Virus record (IMG/VR): IMGVR_UViG_3300031716_000014
Location: 1-50,025 of that record
DNA length: 50,025 nt
Source of the DNA: a virus
Lineage: Duplodnaviria > Caudoviricetes
Strand: one strand, 5' to 3'
Shown: positions 17,932 through 26,181 of the stretch, piece after piece
Numbering within the stretch: the first letter of the stretch is position 1
Layout: each line of letters opens with the position of its first letter
The notes under the pieces: generated by a model
What the model was told of the DNA's origin: nothing
Seen by the model: only the letters and a program-made list of their open reading frames with translations
Databases searched by the model: none
Program-made: the position numbers and the translations under genes

Positions 17932-18837
17932 ATGAAACAGGCGTACATCGAAAAGCGGTTCAACCGGTCGAGCGTCGAGATCATCGCGATTGCCGAAACG
18001 ATCTGTCAGGAGTACGCACGTCGGGGACTGAGCCTGACCCTTCGTCAGCTCTACTACCAGTTCGTAGCCCGTGGCTATATCGACAACCGGCAGACCGAGT
18101 ACAAGCGGATCGGGTCGATCGTCGCTGACGCGCGGCTCGCCGGGTTGATCGACTGGGACCACATCGAAGACCGGACCCGGTTCCTTCGTGGGGTGACCAC
18201 GTGGACAAGCCCGAACCAGATCTTGCGCGCCGTCGCCGGTCAGTTCCAGACGAACCGTTGGCGGAACCAAGATCAGCATGTCGAAGTGTGGATCGAGAAG
18301 GATGCTCTCGTGGGAGTGATCCAAAACCCGTGCTCACGCTGGCACGTCGATTACTTCGCATGCCGGGGGTACGCGAGCGCGAGCGAGGTCCGGTCGGCCG
18401 GTGTCCGCTTCGTCCATCACGAGAGCATGGGCCGACACACGACCGTGATCCATCTCGGCGACCACGACCCGTCAGGGCTCGACATGACCCGCGACCTCGA
18501 AGACCGGCTTCGGCTCTTCGGCTCGCGTGTGGACGTCCACCGGATCGCGCTCAACATGAACCAGGTCGAGCAGTACACACCCCCGCCGAACCCGGCGAAG
18601 ATGACCGACTCGCGAGCGAACGATTACGTCGATCTCTACGGCTTCGAGAGCTGGGAACTCGACGCGCTCGACCCCACGGTCATTCAGGATCTTGTCGAGG
18701 GGGAGATCTTGGCTCGCCTCGACATGAACGAGTGGAACAGGGTCACGGCCGAAGACCTCGCGGTTCGGGAGACGCTGAAGCGGCTCGCGGACAACTGGGA
18801 CGACGTCCGGGACCACGTCGAAGAAACCTACGAGTAG
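17932..18837 (+). CDS. TopoVI-A/Spo11-like wHTH + TOPRIM protein
   Basis: TLRQLYYQ, EVWIEKDAL, GYAS, HLGDHDPSG, RIALN, ELDAL motifs. Confidence 0.8.
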   Translation: MKQAYIEKRFNRSSVEIIAIAETICQEYARRGLSLTLRQLYYQFVARGYIDNRQTEYKRIGSIVADARLAGLIDWDHIEDRTRFLRGVTTWTSPNQILRAVAGQFQTNRWRNQDQHVEVWIEKDALVGVIQNPCSRWHVDYFACRGYASASEVRSAGVRFVHHESMGRHTTVIHLGDHDPSGLDMTRDLEDRLRLFGSRVDVHRIALNMNQVEQYTPPPNPAKMTDSRANDYVDLYGFESWELDALDPTVIQDLVEGEILARLDMNEWNRVTAEDLAVRETLKRLADNWDDVRDHVEETYE

Positions 18838-18849
18838 GGAGAAAAGATC

Positions 18850-19140
18850 ATGAACCGTAAGATCGCTGTCGCGCTGAGCGCGCTCGCCGTCGCCGTGAGC
18901 CTCACCGCGTGCTCGGGATGGAACGACGCGAACGGTCGCGGTGACGCGCCGGTCGGAGAGGTCAACCACGGAACCGCCGAGATCATGAATTACCCGGACA
19001 CGTACGGCAACGTCGCCCACAAGTGCGACGGCCACGGGCACCGGGTGTTCACCAACACCCACGGCAGCGACGGCGAGACGACGTCGAGCTTCATTGTCGT
19101 GATCGACGACCCGACGTGTCCCGGCGGTCCGGCGAAGTGA
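18850..19140 (+). CDS. Lipoprotein
   Basis: Signal peptide with lipobox LTAC. Confidence 0.75.
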   Translation: MNRKIAVALSALAVAVSLTACSGWNDANGRGDAPVGEVNHGTAEIMNYPDTYGNVAHKCDGHGHRVFTNTHGSDGETTSSFIVVIDDPTCPGGPAK

Positions 19141-19307
19141 TCCGGATCATCGTCGTGACCATGATCGTGCTCACAGCCCTACTGATCGTTCTCATAGTCG
19201 GGCTGTGGGCGACGTTCACCGGCATACCGGCCGGACCGTTCATCGTAGTGATCGCCGTCGCCGGGCTGATCGGGCTCGGCTTCGGCTCGGGAATCCACAG
19301 GAGGTAA
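19137..19307 (+). CDS. Small two-TM membrane protein
   Basis: GTGA overlap; fully hydrophobic. Confidence 0.55.
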   Translation: MIRIIVVTMIVLTALLIVLIVGLWATFTGIPAGPFIVVIAVAGLIGLGFGSGIHRR

Positions 19308-19313
19308 TCAGCC

Positions 19314-19460
19314 GTGTTCAAAGCACCGAAGGGGTTCACGCCGGTTCAGCGCGTGAGCTGGTACGTCGGACTCGTGATCGCGTTCGTGCTCATGCTGACC
19401 GTGCTCGCGCTCGGTTTCCGGGGCATGGTCGCCGTCTGGCAATGGGTCTTGGGGATCTGA
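19314..19460 (+). CDS. Small membrane protein (48 aa, not in ORF track)
   Basis: RBS aggagg; MFKAPKGFTPVQRVSWYVGLVIAFVLML... Confidence 0.55.
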   Translation: MFKAPKGFTPVQRVSWYVGLVIAFVLMLTVLALGFRGMVAVWQWVLGI

Positions 19461-19461
19461 C

Positions 19462-19695
19462 ATGACGATCTTCTACACGCTCGGGATCGTGCTCGGGACC
19501 ATGCTCCGATACCTCGACCTCGCGTCCGAATGGTTCATGGACGGTTACAACGCGGCTCGGTACTACTCCGAACCTCGCGAGGTTCCCGAGCGCCGGACGC
19601 CGGTAATCGACCTCGCGGAGATGGGCCGTCCCGAGCCTGAGCCGCACGGAGACGACGGCAACGGAGTTCCGGGGGTGCCTGTACCCCATCGGTAG
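19462..19695 (+). CDS. Hypothetical protein
   Basis: Operon packing, followed by hairpin 19707-19744. Confidence 0.5.
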   Translation: MTIFYTLGIVLGTMLRYLDLASEWFMDGYNAARYYSEPREVPERRTPVIDLAEMGRPEPEPHGDDGNGVPGVPVPHR

Positions 19696-19747
19696 CCGAG
19701 ACCGTCACAGAGCCCCTGAGCGCTTCGAGCGCCGGGGGCTCTTCCTA

Positions 19748-19776
19748 TTGACCGGCCGTCATGCTCATGAGACGAT
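19748..19776 (+). promoter_or_regulatory. Promoter with TTGAC-N5-GTCA operator
   Basis: TTGACC ggccgtcatgctcatga GACGAT. Confidence 0.6.
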
Positions 19777-19814
19777 TTGACGAGTGGTCAAAGACATGGG
19801 CGAAGGGAACGATC

Positions 19815-19976
19815 ATGGCGAACGCTAAGCAGCAGAGGGAAGCCAAGGATTCCGAGATCGCGCGCCGGTTCGAGCGTGGCGAGAGGGTCTCGGACATCAT
19901 GCGCGTGACCGGCACCAACTACACGCGCGTTCACGAGACGCTCGTTACGGCCGGTCTGGTGACCGACCCCGAGTAG
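19815..19976 (+). CDS. Small HTH DNA-binding protein
   Basis: EIARRFERGERVSDIMRVTGTNYTRVHETL. Confidence 0.65.
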   Translation: MANAKQQREAKDSEIARRFERGERVSDIMRVTGTNYTRVHETLVTAGLVTDPE

Positions 19977-20013
19977 TCTCGCCGACCTCGACCTTCTGAA
20001 AGGTGGTGATCAC

Positions 20014-20085
20014 GTGAGGAAGATCAAGATCCGGCGAGTGCCGGTCTGTCCCGGTTGCAAGCGGGTTCGCTGCATTTGCAACTAG
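20014..20085 (+). CDS. Tiny basic Cys-rich peptide (23 aa)
   Basis: RBS aaggtgg + GTG; MRKIKIRRVPVCPGCKRVRCICN. Confidence 0.35.
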   Translation: MRKIKIRRVPVCPGCKRVRCICN

Positions 20086-20095
20086 CTGGACACAA

Positions 20096-20143
20096 GAGAG
20101 CCCCCGCACCGGTCATCCCTGGGAACCGGAACGGGGGCTCTCG
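20096..20143. terminator. Bidirectional terminator between accessory arm and late operon
   Basis: gagagcccccg...cgggggctctc. Confidence 0.75.
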
Positions 20144-20159
20144 CATGTGGCGGGTTGAT

Positions 20160-20411
20160 CTAGGGAGCGCCGCCCCACCATCCGAAAATGATGTGCGGGA
20201 TGAACCAGACATTGAACGCGATCAGCGCGACGACGAAAACGATCGACGTCCACACGCGCCGGGGTGCTCCCGACTCGATCCCGAGCCATGTCCGGATCTT
20301 GTACGTCAGCGTCCATTCCCGATGACCGGTCACGATCGCCGACGTCTCCCACAGACCGAACCCGATCGTGACGGCCGCGAGGTACCACGGCCAGTAGTCG
20401 AACGCGCTCAC
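20160..20411 (-). CDS. Membrane protein, lysis cassette
   Basis: Two TMs, GTGA overlap with holin. Confidence 0.6.
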   Translation of the reverse strand: MSAFDYWPWYLAAVTIGFGLWETSAIVTGHREWTLTYKIRTWLGIESGAPRRVWTSIVFVVALIAFNVWFIPHIIFGWWGGAP

Positions 20412-20851
20412 GCCTTCGCGGCCTTCGCCTTCGAGGTCTCGAAGGTCACCTGAAGGTAAGCCACGACCGCAGTCACGACGGCCGCGACGGCACCCTTCGC
20501 GATGTCCGCCGGGCTGTAGTTGCCGCCGGTGACGGTCGCATAGATCGAGTCCCATCCGGCCATGAGCCCGACCGCGACGACGGTCTGAACCAGGGTTCGA
20601 CCGGCTCGAAGCAAGCCTTCCCATGACGGCGAGCCGGACACGCCGACGCGCGGAGCGATCACGTTGTACGCGTACGACACGGCCGCACCCACGGCCGCCG
20701 TGATCACGGCCATGACTGCGAACCGGAGATCGAACGATCCCGACGTCAGCGCCGTGTGAAGGGCTTCACCACCGGCGACCAGCACGGCCGCCGCGAGTCC
20801 CTGAAGGAACGTGCGAAGAGCGCGTACGAGTGCGCTCAGTCCTTCCCCCAT
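20408..20851 (-). CDS. Holin (r1t-like unit, tandemly duplicated)
   Basis: RALRTFLQ / RAGRTLVQ repeats, 4 TMs, directly after the endolysin. Confidence 0.7.
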   Translation of the reverse strand: MGEGLSALVRALRTFLQGLAAAVLVAGGEALHTALTSGSFDLRFAVMAVITAAVGAAVSYAYNVIAPRVGVSGSPSWEGLLRAGRTLVQTVVAVGLMAGWDSIYATVTGGNYSPADIAKGAVAAVVTAVVAYLQVTFETSKAKAAKA

Positions 20852-20867
20852 GTCCGTATCCTCTCTT

Positions 20868-21848
20868 CTACTGCCACGCGTCGATCTTGGCGCGTGCGCC
20901 TTCGACGGTCACGGCCGATGCCGACGCGTGCCGTACTTCGAGAACCAGCTTGCGGCCTTCGGCGAGCGAGCCGATCTCGGAGAACGCGGCCGTGACGTCG
21001 GGACCGAGAACGACGGGCTCTGTCCATCCGATCTCTTCGGCGACGTCGGCCGCCGGGGGTCCCGCCTGGTACCGGTACTCGGACCAACGACCCTCGACCA
21101 CATCGCCCGCGACCAGCCCGGCGAACTTGACGAACGCCTTCGCGCTGAAGAGCGACGGATCACCCTGAAGCATCGTGTATCCCGAGCCGGAATGCTCGCC
21201 GGACGGGTCCGAGTACTCGGTATCCCATGTGATCTTGGTCCACTCGTTCGCCGCGACCGTGATCGGGTTCGCGTTCGACCGGCCGTAGCTGAAGTACTGA
21301 GGCACGTCGCCCCCTTCGGGCTCTGGTGACGGTGGCGGATCGACCGGCCCTGAAGGCTTCGGCGCTCCCGCCTGAATCCACGGGTACACGCTCGGTCCCG
21401 GACAATCGGTCGCGTAGCCGTCGCGGTGACCCTTGATCTCGGTACCGGCCGACCCGTGAGCCCGAAGCCAGTCGCGCGCTTCGTGGAAGTGGATCTTCAT
21501 GTTGTCCGTGATCGTCGCCGACCCGGACGTACCGACCAGTACCAGGATTGCGTAATGGCCTGAGTTCAAACCGGCACCGTTCGCCGCCGGTAGGACGTGA
21601 GCGCCACGGCCGATCATCACCGCGTGTTCGCATGCGATCATGCTGTACCCGATGTCGTTCCAGCCGTTGCCGTCCATGTGCCCGTTCTGGATTCCCCGGA
21701 CGGCCGCACGGCACTTCTCGTGATCGGTAAGCGTGCCGACGTTCACCACACCACCGGTGTAATGACCCTTCACGCCCTTCGTGCTCGCGAGGTAGCTAGT
21801 ACCGCGCGTTGCTCGCGCGCCCCAACTCGCTCGACTCTCGACGGTCAT
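20868..21848 (-). CDS. Endolysin, N-acetylmuramoyl-L-alanine amidase (PGRP-like)
   Basis: SRASWGAR, HYTG, HMDGNGWNDIGYS, GHRD..TDCPG. Confidence 0.9.
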   Translation of the reverse strand: MTVESRASWGARATRGTSYLASTKGVKGHYTGGVVNVGTLTDHEKCRAAVRGIQNGHMDGNGWNDIGYSMIACEHAVMIGRGAHVLPAANGAGLNSGHYAILVLVGTSGSATITDNMKIHFHEARDWLRAHGSAGTEIKGHRDGYATDCPGPSVYPWIQAGAPKPSGPVDPPPSPEPEGGDVPQYFSYGRSNANPITVAANEWTKITWDTEYSDPSGEHSGSGYTMLQGDPSLFSAKAFVKFAGLVAGDVVEGRWSEYRYQAGPPAADVAEEIGWTEPVVLGPDVTAAFSEIGSLAEGRKLVLEVRHASASAVTVEGARAKIDAWQ

Positions 21849-22123
21849 GTATCGGACTCCATTCCTAGCCGGGCTTCGAGATGCCGGACCTTGATCTCTA
21901 GGGCGACGCGCTGACGGCGCTCGGTTTCCAGCTCTTGCCGGACGTCCTTCAGTTCGGACCGAAGAAGCGTGTTCATTTCGACAAGGGTCTTGAACGTGTG
22001 CGTGTCTTCTTCGATCCTGCCCCGTCGCCGGTCGTTCAGGTAGTCGAAGAACGCCTTGATCGCACCCCCGCCGAGTAGCGCGACCAGGATCGAGCCGATC
22101 AAGGTAATCGTCTGCGTGCTCAA
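21845..22123 (-). CDS. TM + coiled-coil protein
   Basis: N-terminal TM, heptad C-terminus; precedes the lysin. Confidence 0.65.
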   Translation of the reverse strand: MSTQTITLIGSILVALLGGGAIKAFFDYLNDRRRGRIEEDTHTFKTLVEMNTLLRSELKDVRQELETERRQRVALEIKVRHLEARLGMESDT

Positions 22124-22566
22124 AGATCACCTTCTTCGTCTCGGAACCGGCTGACAAGATCGACTCGCCGAAGCCATGTGCCCCCGGCGAAGACCAGCAC
22201 CGGCCACGCCGGAAGGACGCCCGACCAACCCCCAATCATGATCAAGGCCACACCGTAGACCAGCGCCGCGAGCGAGGACAGGTACAAGCCAAAGATCAAA
22301 ATTGGCATTCGGGTCACGACCATGTGACCGTTGTTTTCCTTGATCGACGATAGTCCGATCAGCCACAACAGGCACCCGAAGAACAGGCAGATCGACCAGA
22401 CCAGCCGACCCCAACCGGGAAGGAACTCGGACAAGGCTCGGGACTGGACCACGCCGACGACGGCGAGCGTCGCGCCGGGGATGCCGAGAACACAGAACGT
22501 CGCGTCGAGCGGTGCCGTCCGAATCCATATCGGAAGCCGTCTAACGATCCGGTCCTGAACACCCAT
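22120..22566 (-). CDS. Four-TM membrane protein
   Basis: Hydrophobic helices; operon packing. Confidence 0.65.
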   Translation of the reverse strand: MGVQDRIVRRLPIWIRTAPLDATFCVLGIPGATLAVVGVVQSRALSEFLPGWGRLVWSICLFFGCLLWLIGLSSIKENNGHMVVTRMPILIFGLYLSSLAALVYGVALIMIGGWSGVLPAWPVLVFAGGTWLRRVDLVSRFRDEEGDL

Positions 22567-23240
22567 CAAAGATCCCATTCGTACGTGAGCCGCTTTAGCT
22601 GTGCGTACGCTTCAGCGCGTTGATCAGGAGTCATGTTACGAGAGTGTGAGTCCGGATGCGTCCGGTAGCGGAAGCCGGGTCGCCGAGTGCCGACGATCTT
22701 CGCCGAGAGATGCGCGAAGCCGACCCAGAACGCCGAGTCGATCCAGTCGTTCGCCTCGATCCACGGACGGCGCTCCCAGAACGACCGGCGGAACGCGGCA
22801 CACGAGAAGCACACCGACATGCCCATGAGAGCGCGCTCTGTCGAAGCCCACCGGTGCAAGATCGATTGCCCATCCTTGACCGCGCCGATCGAGACCACGT
22901 CGGCGCGGTGTGCTTCGTTGGCCACGTCGGCGAGCGCGTACGGAAACAGCATGTCGTCCGCGTCGAGATGCATGATCCATTCGGTCTCGGTCGCCTCGAC
23001 GGCAGCGTTGCGAGCCCGACCCATCCCCGCGTACTCGATCTTCTTCCAGCGCCACGGGATCGGGCAGCGCGCGAGCCTGAGCCGTGCGGCCGTCGAGTCG
23101 GTTATGCCCGCGTCAATGATCGTGATCTGAGCCGGTCTCAACGTCTGAGTCTCGACGCTCTCGATCCACTCGGGGAGGTATCGGCCGTAGTCGCCCCATG
23201 CCGACGTCACGACCCCGATGTTGAAACCGGCCACGTTCAC
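22566..23240 (-). CDS. Glycosyltransferase family 2
   Basis: YLPEWIESV..Q, IIDAG, GMGRARN, LDADD, YRTH..S. Confidence 0.88.
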   Translation of the reverse strand: MNVAGFNIGVVTSAWGDYGRYLPEWIESVETQTLRPAQITIIDAGITDSTAARLRLARCPIPWRWKKIEYAGMGRARNAAVEATETEWIMHLDADDMLFPYALADVANEAHRADVVSIGAVKDGQSILHRWASTERALMGMSVCFSCAAFRRSFWERRPWIEANDWIDSAFWVGFAHLSAKIVGTRRPGFRYRTHPDSHSRNMTPDQRAEAYAQLKRLTYEWDL

Positions 23241-24259
23241 AACCTTCCGAGCGCGTACATCTTCCGGTCGTACCGCTTGTCGTAGCCCGGCGTGAGAGCC
23301 ACGATGATTCCCCCTAGGGAGTTGACCGCGTCATGCATCGCGAACGTCTCAGCGTGCGCTACAGCGCCGGGAAGACGCTCCCTAGCGTCGGCGAGTTCGA
23401 CGAACGTCAGCCTCGACGACGTGACGGCCGCCGCGAGCATCTCGCGCCACCACGGAACGTGATGTAGCACGCTGAGTAGAAGCGTGACGTCGTACCCCGA
23501 GAGCCGGTCGAGGTCGTCTCGGCTGAAGCGCTGCCGGATGAACTCGACCCTCCCGTTCTCGGTCGTGACCACCTGTTCGGGAAGCCCCCGGTAGTCGTCA
23601 ACGGCCGTACACACCGCGCCGAACTCTTCGGCGAGCCGGACCGAGAAGTACCCTTCGTACGCGCCGACGTCGAGCACCCGGAATCCGGTCTTCGGGAAGA
23701 CCTCGCGCCGGATCGCTTCGTACCGTCCGGCACAGTCGCGCTGTCCGGGACGTACCTCGCGGCCGTCCTTCCATTGCGCCTGGTAACCCATGGGCATAAC
23801 CCCCCACTGATTCATGATCGAGGTTCTGTCGGTCGATCCCCACCACGCCGGGATGTGGCGAGCGTGGATCGTCGGCACCGGCACCCGAGAGACGTCGGGA
23901 CCCCAGAGATCGTATGAGTACTCGGCTGGTTGCTCGATCGCCGTTTCCCAGTCGATCAAGAGCGGTACGCCGTGCTTGCCCTTGACCACGTTCCGAAGAT
24001 GGACGTCCCGATGATGGATGCCTTCTGCATGTAGCGCGCTGAGTAGCTCGCGAAGAGCGTCGGCCGGTCTCCAGTGCGGGAAGGCCGTACCGGCGTGCCG
24101 AGTCTCGATCGTCAGCTTCAGCCCGTCGAAGTCGAGAAGCCGGGGGGTCGCCCACGGAACCCGCCGGTACCATTCCGCTTCGGCCGCCGCGAGTGACGGG
24201 ATCTTGTACGTCTTGGTCGTGTGGTCCGGCAACACCGCGACCCGAGCCCGATCGCCCAT
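23237..24259 (-). CDS. Kinase-like (Kdo/RIO/APH fold) domain fused to class I SAM methyltransferase
   Basis: HHRDVHLRN and LIDWE in the N-half; VLDVGAYEGYFS and LLSVLHH in the C-half; one reading frame. Confidence 0.8.
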   Translation of the reverse strand: MGDRARVAVLPDHTTKTYKIPSLAAAEAEWYRRVPWATPRLLDFDGLKLTIETRHAGTAFPHWRPADALRELLSALHAEGIHHRDVHLRNVVKGKHGVPLLIDWETAIEQPAEYSYDLWGPDVSRVPVPTIHARHIPAWWGSTDRTSIMNQWGVMPMGYQAQWKDGREVRPGQRDCAGRYEAIRREVFPKTGFRVLDVGAYEGYFSVRLAEEFGAVCTAVDDYRGLPEQVVTTENGRVEFIRQRFSRDDLDRLSGYDVTLLLSVLHHVPWWREMLAAAVTSSRLTFVELADARERLPGAVAHAETFAMHDAVNSLGGIIVALTPGYDKRYDRKMYALGRL

Positions 24260-24264
24260 GTCCG

Positions 24265-24885
24265 CTAGACGTTCCGTCGAATCCACGTGGCCGCGAGACA
24301 GGACATGTCACCACCGTTGGTGATGTTCAGGTTTCCGCCTGAGTCCTGGAACACGAAGCATTCGATGTAGTCGGCCGCCGCCATGTTGAACGTGTCGGAA
24401 TGTGACACACGGGTTGCCAGACCAGCACCCACAGACGGGACCGTGATCCGGGTTCGCTCGGAACCGTTCTGGTACAGGTGGACCTGACGGTTACCGGTCG
24501 CGTTGGCCGCGAACTCGACGGCCGCCGTCACGACGTAGATCCCCCCGATCGGTGCTGTGAGTCGCGTCGGAGATCCACCGGCCCACATCGTTCCGGCGTT
24601 GTAATCGGCTGAGCTGAAGCTGACGGCCGTCGCCGAACCGGTCCCGATGCTTTGGGTCGTGGTCCGTTGCGCTCTCGCCGCCGGGGTGTTGCCCGCGATG
24701 ACTTGCCACGCCGCACCGTCATAGATCCGGACGTAATCCGTGTCGGTCTCGTAGATCGTCATGCCCTCGTTCGGCGACCCTGGTCGAGTGCCAGACGTAC
24801 AGGCGATCACCGCCTGTTCCATCAGGTAATCGTTCACGTCGGCCGCCGTCAGGACTGAACCGGCCGTGAAGGTCTTGAATCCCAT
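24265..24885 (-). CDS. Minor tail / receptor-binding protein
   Basis: FTAGSVLTAADVN, GMTIYETDT..YDGAAW, beta-rich C-terminus. Confidence 0.7.
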   Translation of the reverse strand: MGFKTFTAGSVLTAADVNDYLMEQAVIACTSGTRPGSPNEGMTIYETDTDYVRIYDGAAWQVIAGNTPAARAQRTTTQSIGTGSATAVSFSSADYNAGTMWAGGSPTRLTAPIGGIYVVTAAVEFAANATGNRQVHLYQNGSERTRITVPSVGAGLATRVSHSDTFNMAAADYIECFVFQDSGGNLNITNGGDMSCLAATWIRRNV

Positions 24886-24897
24886 GTGTCCAGCCCC

Positions 24898-26181
24898 TTA
24901 GAAACCGAGCGCGTTCTGATCGAGCTTGCCGAGTAGCGGATCATCCAACGTCAGGAACGCGAACTTCGTCGCGCTCTGGAACGTCCATGTCGTGATCCAA
25001 TTCGTGATCGAGATCTCATGCTTGATCGCCCGGATGAACACGTCCCGTTGGATCGGGTCGCCCCCGCCGGGAGGTCGCCGGATACAGGTGATCCGGTCGC
25101 CGATCTGTCTCCCGAGCACTTGCGGGAACAGGTTATCGGGGTCGGCGAGAGGATAGATGATCATCTCTGTGAACCGGTTCTCAGGGTCCTTCGAGAGATT
25201 CAAGATCCACGCGACGTAGTCCGTGACCTGAGTGTCATCCTGAAGAACAAGATCCGTCTTCGACCATGTCTTGATCCGGTTCGAGCCCTGAGACGTCGAG
25301 TCATCCGCCTGTACGACCGAGCCCCCGTCACGCTGCCCGATCACCCGGTTGTACATGGTCTCGCGGTCGGTCGAGAACTTCAGGCCGTTGTACGCATAGG
25401 CAAGCTCTGTCGGTTCGTCGTCTCCGAAGGTCGCCTGAGACGTGACCGAGCGCGACTCTGTGTAGATCGCCGACCGGTTCCGGAAGACCACGTTCCCGGA
25501 CCCGTCAACGTAGAGTTCCCCGATCTCCGAGTCTGAGGCTTGCTGAAGCTCTTCGAGCGCCGGACCTTCGAGCGTGGTCCCGAGAAGGGTCGCGTTACCG
25601 GTCGCGATGATTCGATCTTCGTCCGGCCACTCGGCAGAGTCCAGAATCCGCGTGATGCGTGCGCCGGTCGTGTCGCCGGTGCCGATGATCGCGACGGCCG
25701 CTCGTTCGGTCTGGGACAAGATCGACAGACCGTCCGAGCACGGGACCGAGACTTCAGCCCAGTTGTCCCCGTTCCAATCAAGATCGAAGGACTCGGCGAA
25801 GCCGGTGTACAGCCGGTAGTCCGTAGAGTCCCAGTTCGCCGAGATCACCACCGGCCGTGACGCCGTCACCTGAGACACGCCACCGGCGACATACGGGCCG
25901 TCGAGGTTCTCGGGATCGTAGTCCCGAGTCGCGTTGTCAAGAACGACTTCGGCCGTGCCGGGCTCGTACCTGATCACGGGAGAGTCAACGCGCTGAGCGC
26001 CGCGCGTGATTGTGATCCGGCGAATGTCGTCGGTCACCGTGACGAACGAGTTCGCATTCCCCAGCTTGCCCGTGTCGAGCAAGCCGCGAGCCGGGTCGTT
26101 CAGTACGAGAGTGTCGGCCGGAAGCGTCGGGCCAACCTCGAACCCGATCGCGACCGAGACGATCTCAGGGGGTGAGACCAA
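24898..26181 (-). CDS. Minor tail protein
   Basis: Directly after tape measure; ITRG..., LDN..RDYDP, G.LYVDGSGNVVFRNR. Confidence 0.75.
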   Translation of the reverse strand: MVSPPEIVSVAIGFEVGPTLPADTLVLNDPARGLLDTGKLGNANSFVTVTDDIRRITITRGAQRVDSPVIRYEPGTAEVVLDNATRDYDPENLDGPYVAGGVSQVTASRPVVISANWDSTDYRLYTGFAESFDLDWNGDNWAEVSVPCSDGLSILSQTERAAVAIIGTGDTTGARITRILDSAEWPDEDRIIATGNATLLGTTLEGPALEELQQASDSEIGELYVDGSGNVVFRNRSAIYTESRSVTSQATFGDDEPTELAYAYNGLKFSTDRETMYNRVIGQRDGGSVVQADDSTSQGSNRIKTWSKTDLVLQDDTQVTDYVAWILNLSKDPENRFTEMIIYPLADPDNLFPQVLGRQIGDRITCIRRPPGGGDPIQRDVFIRAIKHEISITNWITTWTFQSATKFAFLTLDDPLLGKLDQNALGF

